64,000 nucleotides of DNA from Phoronis australis (lineage: Eukaryota; Animalia; Phoronida): assembly GCA_002633005.1 (NCBI GenBank), contig NMRA01000021.1, positions 1,175,119 to 1,239,118 of the forward strand. Reading direction: 5' to 3'. Position numbers and translations under genes: made by a program. Positions 24,601 to 36,018 of the stretch are shown piece by piece. Numbering within the stretch: position 1 is the stretch's first letter; each line of letters starts with the position of its first letter. The notes below the pieces were generated by a model. It had not been told where the DNA came from. It did not search any database and was given only the letters and a program-made list of their open reading frames with translations.

Positions 24601-27600
24601 CCAACAGAAAGATAATTGTCAAGTTCCTCACTTTATTTGAGTAACTCTTCATCAGCTATGTCTCTCAGAATTTACGTGGCCTTGGAGCCTCGATGCCTCT
24701 CGGATCAAGTGTTGTCATTCATATATGGATATTTCCGTGTATATTCGGTTGAAAAAATATTTTTAGATCTTACTTTATGCATTCTTATTGGCTGCCTAAC
24801 AGTTAAGGAAGATGATAAGGACAACGCGTGTTCTGATTGCGTTTCTTCGATGAGTATATTTCTGAAACTGAAAAATCCGGCAGCCTTTTTGTTTTTGACA
24901 GTAGTAGCAATCTTCCGTTGAATAGCCCGCCTTGTGATGATGTCTTTTTTATACAAAATTAGCTTCGATTGTTGACAAAGTTTGTTTAACAAACTGTTAT
25001 CCTTATCTATGATTAAAATGATTATCTGTAACTGTATCAGAACGTGGCCAATAGTCAATAGTGTCTTCTAACGATTCAATTTGTATAGAATATGTTTTAC
25101 ACTCTAGGACCATAAAGACCTACAGTTTTAAGTGTGAGACATTTTCCCAGTTATGGAACGTACTGTTTCAGACGTCAGCCAAGAATTCCGGCTTCGACGG
25201 ACCGTGGGTGGTGGGGGTCGATGTGTTGGATAACCAATATTACAAAGACATGTTGAAAGAAAATTGGACTCAAGTGAACATCAGAGCATCAACACCTTCT
25301 CAGGAGCAAAGGTATACATGTAAATGCAACGAGGGATTAAGAATTCTCAGGCCACTAATGAAGATTTCCGGAGGTCTTGGTAATTTGAATTCACTCCCTC
25401 CCCAGTCCGGTTTCAGCTTCCAATTGACGCGGTTCCTGTAGTAGCTACGAAGACAAATCGCGATTTTTGGGGAGACTTAATTAGCTTAAAAGGATATTCT
25501 GGCACGGCACTGCCAAGCGCCGTGTACACGAACCATTGTTGACATTTTTGTTACTTAACATTCATACAGAAAAAAGTATTGGCTCAACTGGAACCTACGT
25601 GGACACCGTGGCATGGACATTTTGAATAATACTGGATGACTGGGTTATCTTTGTTTGAAATGATCCATCATAAGCTCGGTGCAAATTCTTGCCTGATATA
25701 GGTACGAAAAAATATTGATTGAAACAAGCAGAAATCATTTTATAACGGTTAACAGTGAAAACCATGACACAATTTTTACAGAGAGCAATTTTTACACAAG
25801 TGCCGTTTACACTACAAAAGTTGACACGAATAAGCTGACAAGGAACGAGATGTTCCAGTGCATGTGTGTGTCACGGGACTGACACGACCAAATTGACACC
25901 GCGGTGACAACTTTTGCCACCCGTTTGTGAGGGAGAGATATTTGCGCTCCATCATTTTGCTCTGTGTCAATTATATGTCTAAACGCAAAACTAGGGCAAG
26001 CTGGAAAGGATTCTCTCTGCTGCGTTTGTACAATGACATACATACGGGTTCTCTGTCTCTGCAACTCCTGTCATTTGAAAACCTGACCATGTGCGTTCCA
26101 CTCTCCAGCCTACAACTTCCGTCTTGCCACGGTTAGTGAGATGTGTGTGTAAGCGCCTGCTTGACACTGATCAATTTGCTCCGTGTCAGCTGCGCCGGGT
26201 CAAAAGTTGATGTCCAAACGGGACTAAATGGGAGGCAAAAGTTGTCATCGCGGTGTCAATTTGCTATGTGTCCTCTGACCCGTTTACACACATACTTTCG
26301 CTAGAACATCTCGTTCCGTGTCAGCTGAGCCGTGTCAACTTTGTAGTGTAAACGACACTGTAGCCGTAAAAGAAATGTACTTCGAACCACAAAATTACCG
26401 GTTTACTAGCTGAGTCACTCACCTGCCAACGCCATGGGAATCACACTAGCTCTTATGAGTCAGCATTCATACCTGTCTCCGCAGACACATCTACGGTAGT
26501 ACCTCCAAACACCTGAGTCTTACTGGCATCGGGTCAACACGCACTTACACAGATCACACCTGATTCCACAGATTATATTCAGAAAATGGCCTTCGCGTTC
26601 AGCCTTATGACCATCACAGTAGGAAGTGTATACCCACCGAATTTAGCATAACTGTTCGATATGGAATGAGCTATAATGCAGTTATACGAATTGATAAAGA
26701 ATATCAATAGAAACAATACATCGACATTACAGATGGCAGTGGGAAAGAAAGGACTCCAAAACGACGTTCATGATGCTGAACGCTGACATGGCCCTGGTGA
26801 AAAACATTACGGTAGGTAACGTGGTTGGCTTACGTTATATTAATCACAAAGTAGTGCAAAGTAGAAATTCATACGCTTTACACTTTATCGTCTGCGAAAT
26901 ACTAAAACAACCAAACGCGTGCCAACCAACCAATGCCGGAATTCCGAGAAATTGACATGGTTATGATTGACATATCGGATACTCCCAGTCGAAATGACAT
27001 GCAAACAACTTCTTATCCGGACACATCTTCTTTCTGACTGTTATTTGTAAAACTTTTTAAAATTTTAATGTTACAACTTCAAATACTATTTATTATAATA
27101 TAACTTGAATACTTGCTACGAAAGCTGAATGGAATTTACAAATGTTAAGCTTAAAATAAAACTATTAACAAAAAGTAACTGAATTACTTCACATTGTGCA
27201 AGCGTGTTTTTACAAAAGTTGCGTCATGTGGTTGATTTTTCTGCAAAAAAGATCGTCTTTATGGTTCATGTGAGAAAACAAATCCTACACTCGTCTCAAA
27301 TTTATGACATGGGCAAAGCCCCTTGGATTTCGTCAAAATCTCTTGGCAAGCCTCGGGATTTTGACGAAGTTTCCAAGAGGTTTTGTGCCTGTTATAAACC
27401 TGAGCCTTGTGTGGGATTCTCTATGAATGCTGGAAATTACTTATCCATCTTTCACGATTGCTGCTAACGTTAAGTTTCTGTCGTAGGTGAGCACAAGCGG
27501 TGAATCAACTTGTAAAAGGAGCTTCGCTTGCCCAAACCTCCCCGCAGACACCTACAGACACGTGGTAGAATACGCCAACGACAACGACATCTGGATGAAA

Positions 27601-27774
27601 GATTTCGCAAACGCGTTCCTAAAGATGATCGAAAATGCCAGACCTGGGGTATATCTGGCACTTAAAGAACCTATCATTGAAGTTAAGGACAAATGCAACA
27701 GTTCGTCTACCTCTAAAAAAGTGTCTTCAATCTTAAGCATATTGCTTATGCTCTTCCTTAATCACGCCTTATAA
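15500..27774 (+). CDS. Heme peroxidase of the peroxidase-catalase ('plant/fungal-type') superfamily, ascorbate-peroxidase-like; predicted secreted and GPI-anchored; 7 exons, 355 aa
   Basis: join(15500-15619,22096-22219,23732-23885,24226-24388,25172-25311,26733-26811,27487-27774) = 1068 nt, all phases compatible. Motifs: distal FVRLSFHDCVGNCDGC, PDNAGL, SHADFWSLAS, VPFRWGREDC, proximal VALLGAHTLGR, SGFDGPW, LDNQYYKDML, MLNADMAL, YANDNDIWMKDFANAFLKM. Confidence 0.9.
20911..21514. mobile_element. Non-autonomous DNA transposon (MITE) with 6-bp TSD carrying a tRNA-like segment
   Basis: Termini CAGTGGTGGATCTAGG...CCTAAATCCGCCTATG, with a perfect direct repeat GTATTG at 20905-20910 and 21515-21520. 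Confidence 0.75.
21157..21233 (-). pseudogene. tRNA-derived (SINE-head/pseudo-tRNA) sequence with Pol III A and B boxes
   Basis: Minus strand reads TGGTGAAGTGTTAA (A-box-like)...GTTCGAGCC (B box), followed by oligo-T runs. The stems do not pair as a real tRNA, and CTCTATC is duplicated in the anticodon arm. Confidence 0.55.
22096..22219 (+). CDS. Peroxidase exon 2 (distal Arg/His)
   Basis: tttacag|LIVSNAENGQHPFIAGFVRLSFHDCVGNCDGCVNLANPDNA(G)|gtaag. Confidence 0.9.
23732..23885 (+). CDS. Peroxidase exon 3
   Basis: tttttcag|(G)LGRYITPLTTLYNEKGYKTVLSHADFWSLASIEAIAMASEYAGKRLDVPF(R)|gcaagt. This is a GC donor; an in-phase GT alternative lies at 23898. Confidence 0.85.
24226..24388 (+). CDS. Peroxidase exon 4 (proximal His)
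   Basis: ttgcag|WGREDCDTPPKSKAANIYPSAHGDTDHVIGYFSKEFGLSHRETVALLGAHTLGR|gtgcgt. Confidence 0.9.
25172..25311 (+). CDS. Peroxidase exon 5
   Basis: tttcag|TSAKNSGFDGPWVVGVDVLDNQYYKDMLKENWTQVNIRASTPSQEQ(R)|gtatac. Confidence 0.9.
25799..26359. mobile_element. MITE with ~30-bp TIRs and internal TGACAC/GTGTCA subrepeats (intronic)
   Basis: AGTGCCGTTTACACTACAAAAGTTGACACG ... CGTGTCAACTTTGTAGTGTAAACGACACT. A second internal inverted segment is GAACGAGATGTTC/GAACATCTCGTTC. Confidence 0.75.
26733..26811 (+). CDS. Peroxidase exon 6 (proximal Asp)
   Basis: ttacag|WQWERKDSKTTFMMLNADMALVKNIT|gtaggt. Confidence 0.85.
27487..27774 (+). CDS. Peroxidase exon 7 (C-terminal helices and GPI-like signal)
   Basis: tcgtag|VSTSGESTCKRSFACPNLPADTYRHVVEYANDNDIWMKDFANAFLKMIEN...KCNSSSTSKKVSSILSILLMLFLNHAL*. 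Confidence 0.9.
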   Translation: MSTSGESTCKRSFACPNLPADTYRHVVEYANDNDIWMKDFANAFLKMIENARPGVYLALKEPIIEVKDKCNSSSTSKKVSSILSILLMLFLNHAL

Positions 27775-28133
27775 CAAGTCAATAGCGACGTTCCGATTTG
27801 GGCTCTTTTTATCGCGGAGGCAGAGAAACATGTGGTGCGATAGGCCTCATTTTCAAATTGAACTTTTTACGGATAGCGAGATGCCTTATGCACTAGGATT
27901 ATGGGATAGCATTTATCCAAGGTAGTACAGTCAACATACGTAGGCATAAGCTCTGCGCACGTAGAGATCACGTTAGGTGGTATTTCAAACAGCTACATTA
28001 TAAATTCTGTTCACCATTGATACGACACGCGAGTAAATAGGCAACATTTGTCCGAATCAGCAATTAATTGCCTGTGTGGCTTATTCCGGATCATCTGAAT
28101 GAGGGAGTCGAATGTCACGAACTAAAGTGAGTC

Positions 28134-28425
28134 CGCGCGCACACAAAGGGGTTGGCTCGGGGGGCTAGAACGAGTCCCGTATTTGGCAAAGTGTGCAAAA
28201 AGGTCCACCCCAGAGGAACAAAAAGTCCAGAAAAGTAAAAACGAGCCAAAGGACGGAACTACCAAAATTCGGCGAATGCACAATTCATACGTCTAAACAT
28301 ACCCCGTTTTTCAGTAAAAGTTCCACATTCTCAAAAATTCGAGCCCTCTGGCTTTTTTTTTTGCAAAAAAGTCCCCATTCACAAAAATTCGCCCACCCCC
28401 CCATTTTTAGGCTGGGTGCTCGCAA
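28134..28425. mobile_element. MITE family A (CATGCGCGCACCCAG TIR), degenerate copy
   Basis: Shares GGCTCGGGGGGCT(C/A)GAACGAG(C/T)CCC...ATTTGGC...AAAAGGTCC and GGCTGGGTGC with 50891-51145, 55322-55445 and 59197-59426. Confidence 0.6.
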
Positions 28426-28689
28426 GTGGAGTGCGCTCATTCATCGGTTTTACTATCCGTAAACGGGTCAAATTGACTGTAGCTTGAAAGTCATGGAGCG
28501 AAATATTGTGTATTAGGCCTGTCCCGTTTCGCCCTGTTTGCTTTCAATACCTTGGGTCATATTACTAAAATTTATATGTAATCGCACAATAGCAATTGCA
28601 AATACTGTATCACACGGAGCACCAATAGCATGGAAACTAGGCTTAGCATACCCGGCCTAACAGATTCGTGCCGAAGCATTGTGCGTAAA

Positions 28690-29220
28690 TATTTATGTGA
28701 TAGCAGATGAAGTCATCCTGTTCGGGTGTCGACTGGCTGTCCGCTGAGTATCTCAAAATGTTGAAATTTGATCCACAAGGTCAAAACAAGCCACCGATCT
28801 CGTCGCCCAGAGCCAAGGGCGGGCTTTTCAGTAATTTGGGGGTAGTGCGTTTCTGGATCAGTGAAGGCATAGGAACCGATGAACGGATTTCAATGAAATT
28901 CGGCAGGGAGTTTTGTGACGATAATGCGGACTCGACCGTTGCAGCACAATCTGGTAACCATGATGGTTTCGACAAGGGATTTTTCATTACTTTTGGGATG
29001 TGCGTTTCCAGATGCTACCTGGCGAGCCCACCGGCGGATTTCAATAAAACTTGGCACAGAAGATTATGACGGCAAAGCACCGGTACTTGTGGACGGTTCG
29101 CGCGGATTTGATTACTGCAGCACTTCCCAGTAATGGCCTTTCAAATTCGGGAATGATGTCAGTTACAAGTGTCGAGCAGATTCCAAAATGTGCTGGGCCT
29201 CTTATGTCATTTTGTGTGTA
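28690..29220. repeat. Short degenerate repeat with GGATTTCAAT(G/A)AAA(T/C)T(C/T)GGCA boxes (DINE/Helentron-like)
   Basis: Two boxes at ~28885 and ~29036, ~150 bp apart, resemble those in the 290-2390 array. Confidence 0.35.
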
Positions 29221-30059
29221 TCTTTGTATCTGCCAACTTTCGTGATTGTTCGCCGTGAAAGAAGTAGACTACGCCTGCCTGTTGTTGTGCTCCTTTGTGG
29301 ACTTTTATTTTTTCTGTTAAAAATGTTAAAAACTTTTATTTTTTTCATTTGGTGGTGGTTTTAAAAGTTCAGGAATATTTTTGCTCAACCGATTATTGCA
29401 GCTACCCCTTGCAGTCATTATTTTCGTCTTGCACCTTGAATGTGGACGTTGTATGTTTACAGTTTGATTTCAAACTTGAAACTCAGTTATTAGTATCTTG
29501 TATCAGTTATTATGTAGACATGATTGCAAACATGTTTTAAGCATTGGCACGCACATTAAAATTTACTAACATATCAATACATGTGCGAAAGATAACAACT
29601 ACACATAGCTTATATCACTGACGTGCGCAGAACAAAGAACACGTTTCCAATAACTCATGTCCGTGAAGTGCGTGAAGCTGTGAGAATCGTGCAGCAAAGC
29701 AATGAAGTTTTGAAAATAAATGATCGTGGCAGTTAGATCATGACGTTACACCCTGCAAAGCTCGTTCTTCACCATTAAAAGATGCTAAATCCGACTTTAA
29801 TGAATTCTCCGAAAATAAACCCTGTCACCTGTTATTGTAGGATATGTAAACCATGACCTGGGTGACATTGGAACTCATTACTCACCTATCACACTTCGTC
29901 GTCCTGTCATTATAACGCATGTAGTTCCTGTACAGCCGTCTTTCCTCGTATTATCAGCCGTCGATTACTTTATAACACTAAAAAGTCTTTGCAACACTTG
30001 CGAAATTGACAGATTTTATAAGCAGTTTTCAAGGCCTGGTCCAAACGTTTAAAGATCGA

Positions 30060-30720
30060 CATTGACTACGTTAAAGGTGCATCATTATTTTTCACGAATA
30101 AGCAGTGTATTATTGTAGTTAATGTGTGAATAGGATAAAACATGGTATACATTGTATGGTGTCGTTTTGGTTGTTCCGTAGTCATTGAAACCCTCAGTAA
30201 ATTCCTGGAAGTCATTGTCTCCCTCAAGATACAGTTGTGCAAAGCCAACTTCTTTGCCTTTGGGTACGAGTGGAGGATTGGAAAGCGTAAGGCAAACAGG
30301 TTTTTGTGTAATTTCAGGAGTTGTTGGAAAGGAGACAATGACTTGTGAGATTGAGTTCCGGGGATGTACCCAAGCTCGCTTTCTTCAAACATATTGATTT
30401 GGAACACCAAGCTCCACAAAAATATTCTCAAGACAATAACTATTTCTGGATATGGAAAGAATTGGGTTTGCGTTACTATTTGAACTTGGTTCACAACAGA
30501 AACTGGCGTGGTCAAATTAATGTTGCTAATTCTCAAGCAGCAATAGAACATGAGTTATTTACTTGCCCCGCATACACTTTTAGCCTATATGTAAGTAAGG
30601 ACTCTGTCGAGACTTGTTGCAGAATGGTAAATGGGGGTGTGACGCACGCTGGGCTTGGTATCGTTAAATATATGTTTTGGAGAGCAACATACAGCCTTTA
30701 ATATCGATAACCAATGACAA
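30060..30720 (-). mobile_element. Highly decayed non-LTR retrotransposon remnant (RT/3' region, L1/Tx1-like)
   Basis: Minus-strand A-rich coding-like sequence with a degenerate YADD-like position near 30660 and an H-x4-like C-terminal remnant. It is broken by stops and frameshifts, so the assignment is tentative. Confidence 0.35.
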
Positions 30721-30767
30721 TTCCATTACACAACACTCACCTCGGTCATGAATTGCAAAATGGAAAC

Positions 30768-30926
30768 CAGTGGCGGATCCAGGATTTTGAGTTAGGAGGG
30801 GCCAGGGCAGAGTATTGGCCAGCATTTTGCCCGTCAGACATTCGCACCCCCGATCGATCTGCAAAATGGAACCTGGGAGAGTTTAAGGGGGGGCCATGCC
30901 TCCCTTGCCCCCTAAATCTGCCACTG
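30768..30926. mobile_element. MITE of the CAGTGGCGGATC...ATCTGCCACTG family
   Basis: CAGTGGCGGATCCAGG ... CCCCTAAATCTGCCACTG. Same terminal family as 20911-21514. Confidence 0.7.
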
Positions 30927-30936
30927 AGAGTTCTGT

Positions 30937-31067
30937 TCAGTAACGCTAGGACCTCGCTAAGAAGCAAGACTTACGTGAGATATTGCCGTGTATTTCAAAT
31001 GCGAACACGTGACTTTGGATATTTTTAGCTGGGTACTAGCATAGGTCCTAGCGTTACTGAGCGCACG
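30937..31067. mobile_element. MITE family B (GTTCAGTAACGCTAGGACCT TIR), copy 1
   Basis: TIR GTTCAGTAACGCTAGGACCT...AGGTCCTAGCGTTACTGA. Near-identical copies lie at 33616-33757 and 41421-41560. Confidence 0.75.
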
Positions 31068-31827
31068 CCAGGTTACCCCACCGCAAGTGATGTCTCAAAA
31101 CTTTCTAAACTTTTGATAAAAATATTTTCATGTCCAAGCAGATCACTCAAGGGAACGGCAAATAAAGAAGAATGTCAAAAAGCTGTTCATTTTAAGGTAC
31201 TATAGAGAGGAAACACCCATTTTAGCGATACGGTCACAAGCTGTAATAAACCAAAACTGTGCCAATAAATTATCTGAAAATCAAGTTCGGTATTTTAGCT
31301 GATATGTAATGGATTCAGGATTAGATCATGAATTAGATTTGCAACTCGTTTTATTCCAAAGTAATTCTATGGGGAGGCACCGATCGCTTCCAATGGGTAT
31401 CTCAGCTTCCGGTAGGTGAGCAGACGACGTACTTGCTGCGCTATTTCCCAGGCGCACGAACGGCAGTGCTACGATTGACCATGTTGCATTGCTTCTCATT
31501 GCGAATACAACAAAATAACGTTCGGACATCCCTACAGATTGGAAAAGAGCAGTCAAACACTACAATTGGTCGATGTTGAGAAATGCACTCCATCTGATGA
31601 GAAATGCTTTTGTGGCTTGCAATTACTGTATCCACAAGAACAAACGAATTCAAATTGATACAGTAAGTTCATGTTCACACGCATTATGAAGTTTATTTAA
31701 AGTTCATCATCATGATATAGTTCCTCAATATCGCTCAAACCTCATTTACAAATGTAATAAATATTTTGAGAGTATGTATATAGAACAATGGGATAGCCTA
31801 GATGTTACCTTAAGGTGAGAAGAGGAG

Positions 31828-31935
31828 GGAGTGCGTCCTAGTGGTATAAGTGTCCCCGAATCATTCACATCGTGGGTTGGAGTCCCACTGGGGTGCACTG
31901 CTAGACACTTGAGCCACGTCTGTAGGTCCTCAACT
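31828..31935 (+). mobile_element. tRNA-derived SINE 5' remnant
   Basis: A-box-like GTCCTAGTGGTATAAG and B-box-like GGTTGGAGTCCCA, followed by a CACTTGAGC segment resembling a SINE body. Confidence 0.4.
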
Positions 31936-32949
31936 CGGTTTTAACTATATATTAATAAAGCATAAAATAGTTTCAGGCGACCAGTGCAATGGGCCCACGT
32001 GAGTGGCCTGTGCACGTCTGGTACAACGTGTACGAGGCAGCCTGAAATTGCTATTGCAAGGTGAGAAAATTTGATGAGGATTTAATTAAAGACGATAATT
32101 CAGCGATGGACAAGTTAACAAGGGTAATTAATTATTGTGCGAGTAGTGTTGAAAAACGCGTGACAACTCTTCGTAGTAAAAAATAATTATCAAGAATGGT
32201 TTAAGTTGGAATGTAGGGACTTTAGAGTTGTTCGATGTCAGCATTCCCGTGTTGCCATTATGGCGTTTTGTCCATGCCCATCTTGCAGAGTCTTAATTAG
32301 TTTTATCTATTTACGTCATAATAAATGAAAATATTCGCAATCCTCCTCTTGTTTTACTCTGCAACATAGCTCGTGGCGTACCCCGGGCAAAATAGATTAC
32401 GATAAAAACAGTTTTTAGGCAGACAATCAGGTCACACTTGAAATGAGAGGCTATGTCCTTTTTGCGTTCAGTTTAACATTGATTCCGAACTGAAGTGTGA
32501 CGTATATGTAAATTTATTTATTACGCATTTACATGGAGGCGGGAACAGCGTTCAGTTTCAACATGGCTAACTTTCATGCTTCCATACCATTCTTTTTTAC
32601 CCTATCGTAAAAAAGCCGGCGTCTTGGCTTACTGAAATAAACGATATCTATTGAAACAAGAATTCCATCAATATTTATACTAGATTTCTAAAAATAGAAA
32701 TAGATATCAATTTAGTTATAAATGTGTGATACTAGTGCACATTGTCTTGCCCATAAAAATCTCGAATTATTACTTATGTAGACGTGGAATACAAATAAAG
32801 TATTTTATCTTGAAGTAAGCCATGATTTGCAGTACGTACGTGTAGTCGGTCAATTTATGCTACAAAGCGTTCTGCTATCATCGAATACTTTAGGGAATTT
32901 GAGTAAACGTTCTCAATGTACGGGCATTGTTCGAGCCCAGCTCTATTCT

Positions 32950-33600
32950 CTGGTCTTCGTTTATTGTTCAATCTAGGAAGATATTAGTACACGTCTAGAG
33001 GTCCCTAAAAGTGTATCTAATTTTGTCTCTGTTAAGGAACAATACGCATCTTTTTGTATAAGGTAATTTCATGGCTGCGAGAAAGTTCAAATAATGTTAG
33101 TGGCAGTGGTATGCTGTTTGAAATTATGCTTGAGTGAGGGGCTTTTTTATTGTAGTCGAAAAATCCAGTTATCAGTGCAGGTTATTATGATGGGTTCCCT
33201 GAAGGCCTGGATGATGGAAGGTGGGCTAGAGTATGGGTTTCTTTGTCGCATCTCATGTATTGTGATTATATTTTCGAACAGGTTTTTAGTCCGCTGAAGA
33301 TAATGCAAGGGAAAGCTATTGTGATCACGTGCTTTCCTATTTTATGTATTACAGTATCTCACGAAGATTTGTGTGATGAAGCCAAGCTCGCAAGAAACAA
33401 GTTGTGTTGACCATTTTACGGTTAAAAGTTTGTTAGGCTTTTGCAATGGATTGTGGGACAGTGGTGGTCCAAGTAGAAAGAAACCAACCAATGAAACATG
33501 AGAAGGCACACCTGGCGAGGAAAATGTTTGTCCTAATGAGGTGAACTATAACTCATGGGTTTGTTCAACAATTCCCTGGCCGTTGAAAAGTTCCTGGAAC
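32950..33600 (-). mobile_element. Decayed non-LTR retrotransposon endonuclease-region remnant (L1/Tx1-like)
   Basis: The minus strand shows eroded APE-like segments (W-x-LHH-x-NLRE-like, DPIII-like), then a GFWRL-like segment. Heavily disrupted. Confidence 0.35.
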
Positions 33601-33615
33601 ACAGACCAGCGTCAC

Positions 33616-33757
33616 GTTTAGTAACGCTAGGACCTCGCTAAAAAGCAAGACTTTGCGAGATTACGTGAGATATTGGCGTGTATTTTTAATGAGATCACGT
33701 GACTTTGGCCAGAATTTAGCTAGGTCCTAGCGTAGGTCCTAGCGTTAGTGAACGCAC
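33616..33757. mobile_element. MITE family B, copy 2
   Basis: CGTTTAGTAACGCTAGGACCTCGCTAAAAAGCAAGAC...AGGTCCTAGCGTTAGTGAACGCAC. Confidence 0.75.
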
Positions 33758-33784
33758 CCCTGATTCAACTTTATCAGAATCACC

Positions 33785-34493
33785 GCTTGAATTGCGTACG
33801 TTAAATGGTATCACAATAGGCTTTCGTCTTGGTTCATCAAGATTTGTGCGATTTATCTGATACATACACGGACGTGATCAAGCGGGTAGTGCTACACATC
33901 AAATGAAGCTAAAATTCAACTAGTCGACATTATTGAGACAACCCCTTTGGAGGACACAGGTTTGTTGTTTAGTCAGTAATTTTTAAGTGTGCGTGAACAT
34001 AACGGGCTATGGGAACCGATAATGCGACATCTATCATTATGCCAAGTACCCTATGGGCCGCGAAAAGGGCAAAAAGTAGTTAATAGAAAAATCGAACCTA
34101 ATTCGTAAAAATCAAACCAGTTCAAAAAATAAAACCTGNGCTTGAATTGCGTACGTTAAATGGTATCACAATAGGCTTTCGTCTTGGTTCATCAAGATTT
34201 GTGCGGTTTATCTGATACATACACGGACGTGATCAAGCGGGTAGTGCTACACATCAAATGAAGCTAAAATTCAACTAGTCGACATTATTGAGACAACCCC
34301 TTTGGAGGACACAGGTTTGTTGTTTAGTCAGTTATTTTTAAGTGTGCGTGAACATAACGGGCTATGGGAACCGATAATGCGACATCTATCATTATGCCAA
34401 GTACCCTATGGGCCGCGAAAAGGGCAAAAAGTAGTTAATAGAAAAATCGAACCTAATTCGTAAAAATCAAACCAGTTCAAAAAATAAAACCTG
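33785..34493. repeat. 354-bp direct tandem duplication flanking an N (likely uncollapsed contig overlap)
   Basis: 33785-34138 matches 34140-34493 with about two substitutions. The single N at 34139 sits exactly at the junction. Confidence 0.85.
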
Positions 34494-35896
34494 TAGGTGA
34501 AAACGAGAACTAGATATTTGCGCGGAAAGGGCAAAATTAGTTAACACTAAAATCAATCCTAAAAAAACAATTTCAAAAGGATCCATGAAGCGTTTTGGTA
34601 GAAATAGTAGCTGACGCCGGACGCCATACAATTCGCAGTTGGCTGCAAGGACCTGGAGGAACTAACGCTCAAGGTTAGTCAAGGTAAATACAAAATTATA
34701 TACGGATGTTTTGGTTGAGTTCACAACATAAAGAAGAAATTTTCTATCAAGATAAAGTGTAGTATACTTTGGATTTGTCAAATACTAGCAGTCGCTCGAT
34801 GTGGCCTAGATTTGATCTGAAAATGGGGCATTGACTGGATATGCTGTACGCATAGCTAGACACAGGCACTTAACAAGTTTTGAACTCGGATTTTTCACTA
34901 GAAAGCAATGGCTATTGGTCACATGGGATGGTGGGTTCAGTGGCTTTTATTATTGCCGTTACATCGCAGATTGGCCGACACATGGGCTCTGTCTTGAGTT
35001 TGTTGAAGGACCGCCCGTGGTGCTTGTGCAAATCCGACACTTTAATTTCCATGTTATGCACATAACGCTGTGAAGTCATCTCCACTTGTGTGGCAGGCTT
35101 TAGTCCCACGTGATCAGTAGCCATGCCCCTCTTTACGGTTCATGATCCAACAAAATGCCTTGGTTGGGTCGGAGGCATTATCATTGCCAACTATAACCCA
35201 ACGCAAATAGTATGACGTCATCTCAGGCGAAGTTTCAGATCATTCATTCACTTTGCTTACCCCTCGAATGTCGGTCGGCTTCTCTGATCGGCCGATGACG
35301 GGGTGATCGGTGAGAGAAACAACTTTATAGTTATGGTATGCAGGTTTTGATTCATAATTTTAAGACTCGTATTTCGTTGCACCAAGGGCTACCTAATAGG
35401 AAAAATACTGACCCTGGGTGCGAGAAAACGCACCTTGCAAAAGCCCGGTAACATTGCTCCAAAACCGAACATACATGGTTCTCGGAAAGAGAGAGGAGTT
35501 TGAGATAATCTTGAATATGTTAGGAACGGCATAATATTAACTTTTGACAACCCAGTCAATATTCCGAAATAGTGGCTTCAACAATACTCTCCCTTCCATA
35601 TTCATGGGAAACACTTGTGGATTGGTTTGTTCACTCTACAAATGTAAGTAATTAATCGAAATGGTGGATGGAACCGTGGGAACGTGTATTCGTCTCCTGC
35701 GAAGAATGAAGTTTCCCACGAAGAGTCAACCGACCTTCTTAATCCCAGCATGGAGTGATATAGTCTAGTATGTTTTTGACTCGAAGTGACTGAAATTAAA
35801 GAAATGTTGTTTTCAGATTACCCAGTGTCCAAGACCCACAAGGAAACTAGTCTTACGGAAGTGGTATTGTTCATACGCTAATTCTATTGCAGAAAC

Positions 35897-36018
35897 ATGC
35901 CAAGAGCTTTACAACTCCTCCATCTGTCTGTCACCCTCGCCAACATTTTGCATTATGGTCTGGGAAAGCAGTTTGTGCCCGATATCAGCACCGATCCATA
36001 TTTGTATGAAGCAGAATC
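35897..36018 (+). CDS. PGGHG: PGGHG exon 1 (signal-peptide-like N-terminus)
   Basis: MPRALQLLHLSVTLANILHYGLGKQFVPDISTDPYLYEAE(S)|gtaagt. An acceptor TTGCAG just upstream suggests an unlocated 5'UTR exon. Confidence 0.8.
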
